A stretch of DNA of 63,700 bases, filler included, from Basidiobolus ranarum (GCA_040143965.1; 16 parts of 16 records of this genome joined end to end with filler, not necessarily neighbours in it); one strand, 5' to 3'. Counted from the whole stretch's first letter, positions 1 through 11,505 are shown. The notes: generated by a model from the sequence alone, not told the origin. Numbers and translations are program-made.

Positions 1-140
1 CTGAGAACTTTTAAGTTGGTGTCAATAGTATTGATAAATTCCAATTGAGAATAAAGGGTAATATCTGAGTGAATTATAAGACAACTATGTACTAAGCTAT
101 ATATGACTATATTGGTGTTTAGGCAAGGCTAATTTCAACA
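1..140 (-). mobile_element. Copia LTR fragment (family A, 5' part)
   Basis: Ends in GCTAATTTCAACA (reverse complement TGTTGAAATTAGC) and resembles the LTR copies at 9748-10095, 11156-11505 and 38433-38776. Confidence 0.65.
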
Positions 141-1394
141 TCTGCTTCTCATTCTACTAGGTTCTCAAGGATCCAATGTATGATTGAAACTAAATTTTTG
201 GTGGTACTTGACTCAGACACAAAATAGCAATCCCTATTGGTACTTACTTTGATTTGCTTCCCAAAATTTTGCTCATTTTGATCCAGCAGATGTTCAGAAC
301 ATAACAGTACTAGTTTTCTCTAATTCTGCCAAAGAGTATAAATGCTTTATTTCTGGTCCAAAAATAAATATAACATGTTGATAACATCTCCACTTTCTAA
401 AGTCCCTCCAATCACCCATATTTTCACAATAGAAGTTACTTCTAACAGCTACCACAATGCTTAAAGCAATTCAACTCTTTGAAAACATGTGTAGAAGGAT
501 CTCCCTACTGGCACACTGTTTTTCTTGCTAGCAACAGATTTTTAATTACATTAAGGCTGATTTAGCATTAAGATACTAGTTGTCTATAATCATTTCACAA
601 AAGTCTTGTTGAATAAATATGTAAGAGATTTAAAAATATGTCATTAAGGTATAAAATAATAACTGACCAGTTTCCTAACATTCTCAATCTCATCTTTGCG
701 ATTGCATTCAACTGCCAAAAAAACTGACATTACTGCAAGAGGTGATACATATATCTGGTTCTTAACAAATAACTCCCTGCTTGACTATTTTATAGATGGT
801 AGGAAAGGTACACTTAGTGAAACTAGTATCATGTGTTGCAACACCTATCATGACTTGCTTCATAATCAACTTTTTTGTTACAGCTTCATCATTTTCTTTC
901 CTAATTTTTAAAGTTTGATGGGACATGGATTTGTAATCTCGAACCACAATTGATTTGTAATTATAACCTTGACTCATATATTCCGGAGTGGTAGAACTAC
1001 TAACCGTACTTTCAGTAGTGTAGCTTCAAACTGTTAGCTATAAATTAGTATTCGATGATAGATAGCACTCGTCAACTGTGAAAAATCAAGTCCAGTTCTA
1101 ATCTATTATGAAGAAACACCATATCTTAAAAGAAAAGATCATCAACAATAAAGATACTATTTTAGATGATGGCAAAGCTTGGGAAGAGGCAATACAGGTA
1201 TTTCAACTCCATGATGTTGATATCGAAAAAATATTTAAGATATATGGTTCTAAAATATGGTTTCTGAAAGCATTATATCATGTGAAACCTTAGTATGATC
1301 TGATTGAAAGCAAGCCAAATATTTAAAATCTCGATATCTCCATATAACCAAAAATATCAATACCTAAGAACAAACTTATCTGGAACCTTTATTA

Positions 1395-2270
1395 ATAATT
1401 ATAAATGCCGTCGCATTCGCCAGAAATAGTGACGTATTCGTTTTTTTCCTGGGATATAGCGCCACTTTAAACTGTATCAATATATTGCAAGCTACACCTT
1501 GAAATTTTGCTTCGGACATCCTAGTACACAAATGATTAGTTTAACCACTGTTCTTACTAAGACATAGACAACACTTACAAGAACGCTGAAATAGGTGTGA
1601 AGAAGGACATGAACTTCAAAAGTGTCTTTATCTTCATTCTTCAAGCTAAAAAGCATTTTTAGGGACTTTTCTAAACAGCTGACAATGTAAGTTTACCGGA
1701 AAGAGTGACGTCATTGTGATCTAGTTCTGGAGGAATTGAGTATCCTTCAAACCACAAGCTCGTCGTTATTTTCGGAGTTAATAGGTCCAAGATATTCCCA
1801 GTAGTTGCGGGTAAAACCTAAGCATGCGATAAGGACATTGAATTAGTATAACATATAATACAACCCTTATGTGATAGTATAGTAGTAGCTTTTTACCATG
1901 CTGAGGAAGGTTGATCTTTTTTTTCGTTCCAAATATAGGGAAACAAATTGGAATACCACCATGGATAGCCTTGCTACCATCACCCTTAGCCTCCTTACGT
2001 GTGGAGCATAATACTAGCACGGCTGTACGCCCTTCTCTTATTCTCCCCAACTCTCATATATTACCTGACAAATATTTTCTTTGCACCGTCAACAATCCAA
2101 CTAGTGAGAGTAGCGACCAAGTGTTAATTTGAAGGTGAATTGAACGCGCTTTTATTTTTCATTTCTGCTCTCTAGAAAATAGAGTTGCAATTTACCAAAA
2201 AGAGCAACTTTGGCCTTGCCACCAGAAGGATGTTAAAGTATGATGTTTTGTCGGATTCGTGAATAGGCAT
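1395..2270 (-). pseudogene. Glucose-6-phosphate 1-epimerase / D-hexose-6-phosphate mutarotase (aldose 1-epimerase family) pseudogene
   Basis: Spliced remnants read MPIHESDK..IIL*HPSGGKAKVALFG / ATLTSWIVDG / DGSKAIHGGIPICFPIFG..LPQHG / GF.RNYWEYLG / HVLLHTYFSV / QYIDTV*..EYVTISGECDGIY. There are in-frame stops, frameshifts, degraded acceptors and no recognisable C-terminus. Confidence 0.8.
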
Positions 2271-2392
2271 TATGAAAAAGAGAAAAAATGATTTTTTGGG
2301 TGGTATTTTTTAAAGGTTTTTCAAAATAAAAAACAAACCCAGCACAAGTCTCACGTTTTTTGCAAGATAATTTTTTATTTGTCTGCAACACA

Positions 2393-3903
2393 TTATTGAT
2401 CACTATCCTTCTTCTTTTGTTCCTCTTGGTCTTCAAGCACAACCTCTTCATCTCCCACAGGAGCCATGTGCTTCTCTACTAAATTTTGCTCTTCCGTAGC
2501 AGTGGTACCTGGTTCATGGTTACGTACAACGACCAATTCGGTTTCACCGTTTGGTAATGTTTCAACAGTCACCTTTGCAGTTTCACCTGTACGTACACCA
2601 CCATCAATTAAAAGACGAGCTAAAGGATTCAACAGCTTCTTTTGAATAAGACGGTTCAAAGGACGTGCTCCATAAGCAGGGTCATAGCCGTGTTCACCTA
2701 ACCAATCTCTTGCTTCCATAGATACGTCTATCTTGATACGACGGTCAGCCGTTCTTTCCTCTACTTCTTTAACGCGAACATCCACAATATCACGTAAAGC
2801 CTTCTTCGAGAGACGGTTAAAGATGACCATCTCATCAATACGGTTGACAAACTCAGGAGCAAAAGCATGGCGAACAGCTTCCATGACATTTTGTTTGGCA
2901 CGAACGCTCACTTCGCCCTCCTTACTTACATCAGAAACAAGAGCTTCCGCACCCAAGTTGGAGGTCATAATAATAATTGTGTTTCTAAAGTCAATTTTTC
3001 TGCCCTTTGTATCGGTGAGAACACCATCGTCAAGGACTTGCAACAGGATGTTTGAGACGTCACGGTGAGCCTTTTCCATTTCATCCAAGAGGACAACAGC
3101 ATAAGGTCTGCGACGGACAGCTTCTGTAAGTTCGCCGCCTTCTTCATGGCCTACATAACCTGGAGGAGAGCCAATGAGCCGGCTTACACTGAACTTCTCC
3201 ATGTATTCGGACATATCCACACGCACAATAGCATTCTCGGTATCAAACAGGAATTTAGCAATTGTTTTACAAAGCTCTGTTTTACCAACACCTGTGGGAC
3301 CCAAGAACAGGAATGAAGCAATAGGTTTAGAAGGATTTTGGAGACCCGCACGGGAAAGACGAACAGCCTCTGCAACAGAACTGATGGCTTCATCTTGACC
3401 TACTACACGTTCAGACATTGCATCTTCCATATGCAGTAGTTTTTCTCTCTCTCCTTTAAGAAGATTACGAACAGGAATACCAGTCATGTGAGAAATGACT
3501 CTTGCGATATCATTACTTGTTACGCGCTCGTGGATCAATGAGGGCTGGTCAGGGTTCTCTTCTTCGGCAGATTTGTCCGTTGGTAAACTCTTTTCAAGGT
3601 TAGGAATTACACCATATCTAAGTTCAGAAGCTTTTTGGAAATTTCCAGAGCGTTGTGCCATGTCCAATTCTACGCGAGCCTTTTCCAAATCCTCTTTTAT
3701 CTTTTTGATTTCATTCAACTTTCCTCTTTCCATGTTCCAGATATTGCCAAGTTTCTCACTTTCCTTTTGCTTGTCTTCCAGCTCTTGTTGAAGCTTGTCT
3801 CGTCTTTCTATAGACATGACATCAGTTTCTTTACGTAACGACTCTAGCTCAATTTGAATTGTCATTATTTGACTGTCGAGTTTTTCAAGCGCTTCGGGTT
3901 TGG
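2393..3903 (-). CDS. HSP78: Hsp78/ClpB-type AAA+ disaggregase, C-terminal half (5'-truncated by contig end)
   Basis: Middle domain QIELESLRKETD, NBD2 Walker A GPTGVGKT, DMSEYMEKFSVSRLIGSPPGYVG, Walker B VVLLDEMEKAH and GARPLNR. The Hsp78 versus Hsp104 assignment is by resemblance only. Confidence 0.88.
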
Positions 3904-4003
3904 NNNNNNNNNNNNNNNNNNNNNNNNNNNNNNNNNNNNNNNNNNNNTTAATTAATTAANNNNNNNNNNNNNNNNNNNNNNNNNNNNNNNNNNNNNNNNN
4001 NNN
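3904..4003. other. Artificial contig-joining spacer (N44-TTAATTAATTAA-N44), first of 15
   Basis: Identical 100-nt spacers with six-frame stops at 3904, 7907, 11906, 15904, 19900, 23892, 27880, 31866, 35851, 39835, 43818, 47799, 51776, 55752 and 59727. Intervening contigs fall in length from about 3903 to about 3874 nt. Confidence 0.98.
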
Positions 4004-4695
4004 ACAGAGAGGCAAAAGCTTTATAATGACATTTTTTCCCATTTTAGAGCAAGAGTAGAACATAGCTTTGGTTTCCTAAAGAGATATAGCATTGTAGCAG
4101 GAAAGTATAGAGGAAAATCATTTTGTGGGCCTCAATCAAAGTTAGGCAAAGTAGTCAAAATCTTGATTAATTCTCAATACATCCATACTCAAAGATATCC
4201 ATAGAGAGCTCTAGACTTAAGACACTACAAATAAAGTTTCCATCATCTTTTGAATGTGCAAGAATGTCTAAAAGTACTTTTCTTAAATATACCATATAAG
4301 TAAAATAAACTGTTTCCAAAACAGTAAATAACATTGTGCCAGATAGCGCCCAATCATGCCAATTTGTGCTAGCACACTTTTTAGCTGGACTGATCTGGAT
4401 CAATAAAATGGAACAAGTCTATTAATTCAAATTCCTAGAGCAGTAAACCTAGTGAGTTGCTATTTGAAAATTATATTTTTGCAAAATTGCCGGATATTGA
4501 ATAACGCATGCCAAATTTGAGGATCAATATGTTAACATGTATGAATACCATCAAAATACTGTCAAGAAACTGCCATCACACCATCAAAATCCCTGGCAGA
4601 ATGCAAGCCACCAATATTGTGATGGTTCTCTGATAGTTTTGCTCTTTTGGAGAGTGGATCCAATCCAGATCAAATCAATTTTATTTTTGTTAGGG
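4004..4695 (-). mobile_element. End A and interior of a CCCTAAC-terminated repeat (putative DNA transposon) inserted in copia pol
   Basis: Minus strand reads copia GGG TAC ACA TTT C|CCCTAACAAAAATAA. The first ~112 nt align with 6106-6217. Repeated CCATCA/CTGTCA subterminal motifs. Confidence 0.65.
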
Positions 4696-4985
4696 GAAAT
4701 GTGTACCCAATTGTAGAACTCCAATCCTCATGGTCTCTTCCCTAGATGGCAACACTGTAGCCTTCAAGCTTTTGTGCATCAGAAGTATGAAAGTATTCAT
4801 GAACTATAACCATCATTCCTCTCAAATACCCAAATATTTGTTTTGCTGTAGTTTTGTGCCAAACTCTTGGATTTTTGGAAGGTTACCTAACAGTTCCCAT
4901 CTCCACAGCAATGTCTGGATGTGCACCATCCATTATATATGTTAAACTACCCACCATGGATTGATAAGGGAGCTCCTGCTTTGAC
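4696..4985 (-). pseudogene. Ty1/copia reverse transcriptase C-terminal / RNase H junction remnant
   Basis: Translates QELPYQSMVGSLTYIMDGAHPDIAVEMGTVR...KLEGYSVAI*GRDHEDWSSTIGYTF, matching copia PYxSxVGSLxY..RPDI and GYSDADWAGD..DRRSTxGYxF. Confidence 0.85.
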
Positions 4986-5039
4986 TTGTGCCATTTTGGG
5001 CCTAATTTGATGTAAATTTGATTAATTTTACATTGGGAT

Positions 5040-5470
5040 CTCAAGAGCTGGAGAAGACCAAGATTTTGACAAGGTAGATTTTCACCAACTGGTCAAGATA
5101 CTCTCTCTAATAAATATGCTCAAATGGTTGTTGTTTTCCTTCTTGTAGATCTATTGGGCAATCATATGGGTGGTGAGCTGGGAGTACATTGGATTTCTTC
5201 TTGTCAAAGACATTAGCAAAGGCTAAGTATTAGGGTTGGAGCTTGTGAACTATAGGTTTTGTTGGTTTCTGCTCATCAGCAATAATATCAGCAGATATTG
5301 GCTTCATAGATGTTTTTAGGAGTTGGGCTTTTGATGAGTTAGATACTTTGCAGGTTGGCAAATATGGATTAGGAGGTGGAGTTTGCTTGAATGTGCTAAT
5401 CTTTTTCTTCCAATTGATTACTGGATTGTGCTGCATGAGCTACAAGATACCAAGGATGACTGGGTGGTGA
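5040..5470 (-). pseudogene. Ty3/gypsy (Tf2/chromovirus-like) pol remnant, protease-RT linker
   Basis: LMQHNPVINWK (compare LGxPWLxxHNPxIDW) and FANVFDKKKSNVLPAHHPYDCPIDLQEGKQQPFEHIY (compare LPxHRPYDCxIDL). Confidence 0.75.
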
Positions 5471-5569
5471 GGTGAATGAGCTAGCTTTGGGGCAATTGGG
5501 ATAAGTTTGAAAGTTTCCATATGGAATTGCTAATTCTCACATTATTCACATATAAATACAATGTATGTT

Positions 5570-6105
5570 CCAAGTTGCAGTTAAGTGATATTTGACAAAG
5601 TAATGTTAACTGACTTATATGCAATTTATGAAATAGTTAGGTGTATAAAGATAGAGATAACAAATATGATAAATACAATAAACTTCAACACTCCCACTCA
5701 ACTAAATATTCATATATCTTAATCCAAACTTGAATCTTAATTCTTCAAATTTTGGCTTGGGTATGGTTTGGTAAGGATGTCAGCAATCATGTACTCACTT
5801 GGACAGTACTCTAGTTGGATATGCTTACTCTCAATAGCTTCCCTACCAAAGTGATGTTCAATGTCAATGTGCTTATGCTGGCACAAAATTTGGGATTTTT
5901 AGCTAAAGAAATACAACTTTAAGTGTCCTTGAAAATTTTGGTGAGTGAACTTTGAGAAATGCTCAAGTCTTAGAACAGTTTCCTTAACAACATAGCCTCC
6001 TTTATTGTATGTGATGCTGCCATGTACTCTGCTTGAGTTGTTGAAAGTGCTATGGTGGGTTGTTTCTTGCTATTCTGATATATGGCTGCTTCACTATGGA
6101 GAAAG
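5570..6105 (-). mobile_element. Copia RNase H remnant, polypurine tract and start of 3' LTR
   Basis: FLHSEAAIYQNSKKQPTIALSTTQAEYMAA...KHIDIEHHFGREAIESKHIQLEYCPSEYMIADILTK, then GAGTGGGAG|TGTTGAAG (PPT then LTR start) near 5690. LTR extent is approximate. Confidence 0.85.
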
Positions 6106-6217
6106 CCCTAACAAAAATAAATCAATTTGATCTTGATCAGATCCACCCTCCAAAATGGCAAAACTGTCAGAGAACCATCACAATATTGGTGGCTTGCATT
6201 GTGCCAGAGATTTTAAT
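6106..6217 (+). mobile_element. End B of CCCTAAC repeat (homologous to end A, opposite orientation relative to copia)
   Basis: CCCTAACAAAAATAAATCAATTTGATC... aligns with the reverse complement of 4583-4695. It abuts the copia Phe codon and is cut off by an LTR fragment. Confidence 0.7.
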
Positions 6218-6235
6218 CTATCACTATATATATAA

Positions 6236-7168
6236 TGACAGAATTGAGTGCTAAATAATAAGAATATGAATAAACTAACTACCAAATAATGAGTAGCTAT
6301 TTACCTAATTTCAACAATATTAATACTGAATATCTCAATCTATCTCAATAAGATATCTATCTCATTGCTTTCATATATACATATTGAGACTATTGCATGA
6401 GCAAATAGTCCAGTTTATAGAGGTACTCACTTTATGGCTATGGATTAAGTTTTGAATTAATAAGCATAAGAGACTTGTTCCATCAGACCAGGTCACTCAA
6501 TCCATCCCACTAACACACTATCTGGTTCAATCTATTAGTCCATGATCAGGTCCTAAAACATATGGTTTGACACTATAAGGAACATTACAGCACCATCCCA
6601 CCACAATTGGATATGCTAATTTTTTGGGAAATATTGTGACAGCTCACACCAAGTAACCCAATTTAGTATTGCCAAATCAAGATTTTGAGTACCTGGCAAT
6701 GTTGGTTCATTCCTAGTTTTGTTCAAATTAAGTAAATAGCAACTACTTATTTAGTAGCTATCCTATTCATATTTGTTTTATTTAGCACTCAATTTTAACA
6801 CTTGAAACATGTATTTATAGATAAAAGTGCTTATGGGACTTTTAAGTTTTTTGAACAAGATTTGGATTTGTGAATTAGAGACTTATGTTTTATTAAATAG
6901 AATAGGCCTATTTGTAGTTTACTATGAAATAGGACTATTGGACATGCTAAGATCATAACAAGCATGCCTGTAAAGCATGGGTAAATATTTCAAGTGAATT
7001 GGAGAAGTTTTAAGAAAAAAGTGATAATTGGTGAAAGTGATACATTTATTATTCAATCAATTAGAGCAATAAATTCATATTTTTGAATGGGAGAATTGGG
7101 TGCTAAGAAATCAGAATACAAATAAAGTAACTACTGAATAATCAGTTGCTAATAACCTAATTTCAAAA
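6236..7168. mobile_element. Cluster of copia LTR family B fragments (6236-6314 minus, ~6720-6800 plus, ~6965-7168 minus)
   Basis: Shared TGTTGAAATTAGG-type start and GAATTGAGTGCTAA/AATAAAGTAACTACTGAATA motifs, also seen at 57199-57550 and 58043-58248. Confidence 0.65.
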
Positions 7169-7199
7169 TTCCTGCTCAATTAAATATTTTGCATTTCTT

Positions 7200-7583
7200 G
7201 TAAACATTACTTAAACCTTAATAATTTGAATTTAGCTTTAACTAGAGGTTTGGTTAATATGTCAGCAATCTTTTCTTCAGCAGGGCAATACTCAAGCTAG
7301 TATCATTTCCTATTGCTTCTCTAACAATATGATGTTTAACATCAACAATCATTGTTCTTGCATGAAAAGCTGGGTTTATCAGCTAATGAAAAACATCTTT
7401 GATTATCTTCAAATACAGTAATATCACATTTTTGAATGTATCCTAAGTCTGAAAATAACTTCTTTAACAATCAAGCTTCTGGTGTAGTAGCAGAGGCAGC
7501 CATATACTCTGCATCCATAGTGGAAAGTGCTGTGGCTGGTTGCTTCTTACTATTGGAAGTTATGGCTCCTTTACCTTAAAGAA
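7200..7583 (-). pseudogene. Second, divergent copia RNase H remnant
   Basis: (F)L*GKGAITSNSKKQPATALSTMDAEYMAA...FHARTMIVDVKHHIVREAI...LEYCPAEEKIADILTKPL. Confidence 0.85.
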
Positions 7584-7906
7584 CCCTAACTGAAATTTGA
7601 GGATTGTTATCATAGGATAACCATCACAATTTTGATCCATTTAGGATTGACTGTTTACTTACTGTCATAAAATTGACTAGTTAGATTTGATTTTAATCAA
7701 TTTTTTCATTTTCAGGAGTGAAATTTGAAGATCTTGCAAATTAGTTGCACATGATTGGCTACAATCTCAGTGAACTATGGATCAACACTTGTGCAAAAAA
7801 CATAACTCAAATTTTATACAATTACCACTTGAATGCTAATTTGTCACCTTTGAAATCCCTAGTCTGTTTGATATATTCTCCTGAATATTTTTATAGAGTT
7901 CTTCAT
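7584..7906 (+). mobile_element. End C of CCCTAAC repeat (probably the opposite terminus, or a sister subfamily)
   Basis: CCCTAACTGAAATTTGAGGATT...AACCATCACAAT. Shares AAATTTGAGGAT (also at 4513) and AACCATCACAAT with end A, and abuts the same copia Phe codon. Confidence 0.55.
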
Positions 7907-9747
7907 NNNNNNNNNNNNNNNNNNNNNNNNNNNNNNNNNNNNNNNNNNNNTTAATTAATTAANNNNNNNNNNNNNNNNNNNNNNNNNNNNNNNNNNNNNN
8001 NNNNNNTAAAGAGTTGTCGTCGGGAAATGTGAGAACTGGTGAACCTCCAATGTGAGAGTAAACAAAGCTTCCATCAGTAAAGGTGGGTAACAGTAGACAC
8101 CAGACTAACGACCACAAAGCATAGTGAATGAACAAATTCCGCCAAGATTTAGAAGCAAGATGGTATAGTGGTATCTTGAGTAGGCGAGCTGCTTGATGAA
8201 TGATTTGGTGGGATTATCTGAAATCATTTTATATGATTCTACGTGTAATCACTGTCAACTGTGAGCTGGATGTCATGACAAACTCAATATGTGACATCTT
8301 CTGTGGAAGGTTCACAAGTAGTGCATTGAAAGTCATTCAGGTGATGGAAGATGCAGCGGCCTTTGTTATATTCCTATGTGAAGTATTTCTAGAATATCTT
8401 TGTGATACAGAAACAATATACACTAAGCGCGATTTTGTCCGGAATGGTCTAGCCAATTCAGTTGTATACTTACGGCTTAAATGAGATACAGGAAAGGTAA
8501 CCTTGCTAATAAATGCCGATTTTTACTGTTCTTCTACAACCGATTCATTTGTTCAAACTCAGTCTGTCAAGAGTCTGGGTTCTTCAATAAGTAATAGCCA
8601 TGGTGTAGCACGAACAATATAGGCTGATATTTGACAAGAACACTCCAAATCCTGTTGTAATGCTATGAAGATATCTGTATCTATACTTCAAACCTGTCTT
8701 CATAGATTAGCTATAGACATTGAAATTTGCGATCAGAACAGATCTGTACATCTAGATATTCCAGAAAGAGCTCTTTTGGACTCAACTATTATACTTACTA
8801 TCATAGCAACACAAAGAGCCGTCTTAGCCAGCCCAGAGTCAAGTAGTTGTCGTATTATTATTTTATTTACCTTCACGTGATCAAGAAGGAGACTATCCTC
8901 AAACCACTACCCATTATTGCAATCTAGCTCATGATGCGTAGATTCATGTTACCTTTATATTTTTAACTCACTTCAAGCACCAACTTGATGATGGTTATAT
9001 GGTGATAGTCCATTGATTCATGGATAGGAAATATTGTTGTATTACAATTTGGAATATGCAGCTGAGTTATTTAATTCTTCTTCGAAATCATGGAAAATGA
9101 TCCTCCAGAGCTGCAAAATGGATAAGAAGTAACTCGTTCTAATAATCTTATCAAGAAGCACCTCACGAGGTTCAGGATTCATTTGTTAAATTCTTTGTTT
9201 TGAATCGAGATAAATATGTTGGTTTAAGCTTGATTGAACTATTTTGAATGGGATTCTTGATGACAAAATGGAAAATAGAACTCGATTGAAAATACTTATA
9301 TCAATAGGAAAGTAAGACATTTGATGAAAAGTTAGAGTAGCTATGCTGCACAGTCAGGCTAAGCTACTGAACATATCAGATTGGCATAAATTGCTACTTC
9401 AACAAAAAAGTTGTATCAAATCCCGCCCTCTGGCCTGATTCCACCATTTGGTTAGCGGTTTACTGGTGGAGGTGGGGGTGGTGGTTGAGGTGGCAGCAGG
9501 GGGTCACCATCCCAATATTTTTGGTTGCCTTAGTCAATACTGAATCAGGGATTGACTTTCAATGATGGGTGTGGCAGATGCAAGTATATCAGATGAGGGT
9601 AGTGATAATGGTTTTGTGTATGAGTCTTTATTATCAGCACGCATAAAACCAAATATAATGCAACATTTGCAGAGAATTGGCAACCACTGAATTGGGTAAA
9701 TATGGCATATATATCATTGATGCCATGTCTCAAAATGTTGATGAAAC

Positions 9748-11505
9748 TTTTAAAGTATTTTGGCAGCCTATGGAAGTGGTTTGGAGAATTAGAAAAATTG
9801 GTGATTTTCACTATTTTAATTATTGGGCTGAAAGTTGATGTTTATAGTGTTGTCAAGATGTAGGCACACTAGCATGTAAAATAGGTTAAGAGATGTCCCA
9901 GGAACAAATGTGCAAAGTTTGGGGCTTCTAGCCCAAGCTTGAAAAATCTATATATCTGATAGTTTCTAAGTTAGTGAAAATATTCAAAGTAAACTCCAAC
10001 TGAAAAAAATAGGCAATATCTTAATGAGATATAGGATAAATAAATATTGAGCTATATACAACTATAAAAGTGTTGGGGCAATGCTAATTTCAATAGATCC
10101 ATCCAGACTTATCAAACTTGAATTTTAGTACTTCTGAGATGGCCTTGCATACAGATGCTAAATTCTTGGCAATATCTGGAACATGTAATACATCCTTGAA
10201 GATATACACTTTCTCTTCAGAAGCCCCAGTTAAATGAACTCCCATGAAAACCGTTCCAACTTCAACTTCTTCATAATCCCTAAGCCAATGCTTATCATTT
10301 GTCAAATGTTGGGAAGCTCCAGTATTATATACCATGTCCAAGGATCCTTGTTGCAAGTCATCAATATAGCAGATATGAACAAGTGGTCCTCTATAGTAAC
10401 TACATTACCAGATTTGGCATGGTTTTCCTCTTTTGCAATTCTTTTAAAGACTTTTTGCTTAAATGGCCAGTCTTATATAGTAATCACAGATTGTGGTACT
10501 TTTCTTCTTAAAGTGCTTTTGACCTTTATAGGAAGGTCTCCCATAGCCTATTACAATATTTTGCTTGTTATTCTGTTGTTTAGATCCTGATTGATATAAA
10601 TCTTCATCCACAAGTCTGCCAAATACACAAGCTAATGTCAAAACTTCAGTTATTAAATTTGTAGCTATTTCTAGGCCCTAAAACCTATATATTGGGCTAT
10701 TTAGGACAGTAACTATCATATCCTGATCAGTAGTAGGTATTCCAATGCATTCTATTTCATTCACTAAAATAGTGAATCCATTAACTAGTACTTTAGGTCT
10801 CCTCCTGGCTTCATCTTTGAGTTAAAGAATTGATTTCCTAGAAATATCCTTCTGATAGCGCAACATGTTTGGTGGGTGTCTTCCAAGGCTTCTTATACAT
10901 TGTTGGCAGTTTGTCTCTTGAACATTGAATTAGCAATGTGTTGTTGTTTGACTAGGAGTGAAATTCTATTTTCAGATTAATTTGTATTGCATTCCTGTCC
11001 TGAAATAGTTTCAAAGTCTTTTTTCTTGCAGCTGGGATTTCATTTTAATCTTCCAAACCTGATAATTGGATCTATCCAATTTTACAGAAAAGGGAAAAGA
11101 TCCAGAAATTTGCAAGATAGATATTATGGAGAGAGTGAGCTTGGGGCTCATAACTTGTTTAAGTATTTTGATAGCTTATTGGAAATGGTATGGAGAGTAT
11201 TGAAGATATTGGTGGTTCTCCCTTATTGATGCATTGAGTTGAATATCAATGTTTTTGGTTTTGTCAAGATGTAAGCAAACTAACAAGCAGAATCTGTTGA
11301 GTAAGGTCCCAGAAGAATATGTGCAAAGTTTGGGGCTTATGGTACAAGTATGAAAAATTTGTAAATTTAAGAACTTCAAAGTCAGTAAAATATTTAAACC
11401 AGATTCTAATTGAAATCAATAGGTAATATCTCAGTGAAATATAGGATAATAAAATACCCAGCTATATGGGAATAAACCGGTGTTTGAGCAATGCTAATTT
11501 CAACA
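9748..11505 (-). mobile_element. Truncated Ty1/copia element: LTR (11156-11505), PBS, degenerate gag-protease, then LTR (9748-10095)
   Basis: Two similar ~350-nt LTRs; PBS AGTTATGAGCCC at 11144-11155; protease motif YNTGASQHLTNDKHWL and KDVLHVPDIAKNLASV; many stops. Confidence 0.8.

Noticed and set aside
490-815. GSPYWHT and YFIDGRKGT, resembling Helitron Rep HUH and Pif1 Walker A motifs
   Set aside because: The matches are short and degenerate and lie far too close together for a RepHel; not supportable without an HMM search.
2733-3838. Many antisense and alternate-frame ORFs over HSP78 (likewise over OAT, RPL18, the PPR gene and the acidic protein)
   Set aside because: Shadow ORFs produced by the codon bias of the real genes.
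4689-7590. CCCTAA/TTAGGG at the copia breakpoints read as de novo telomere addition
   Set aside because: Only one unit is present and it continues into complex homologous sequence, which fits an element terminus better than telomere healing.
8007-9185. Possible decayed minus-strand gene starting MNPEPREVLLDK
   Set aside because: Multiple stops and no recognisable family motif.
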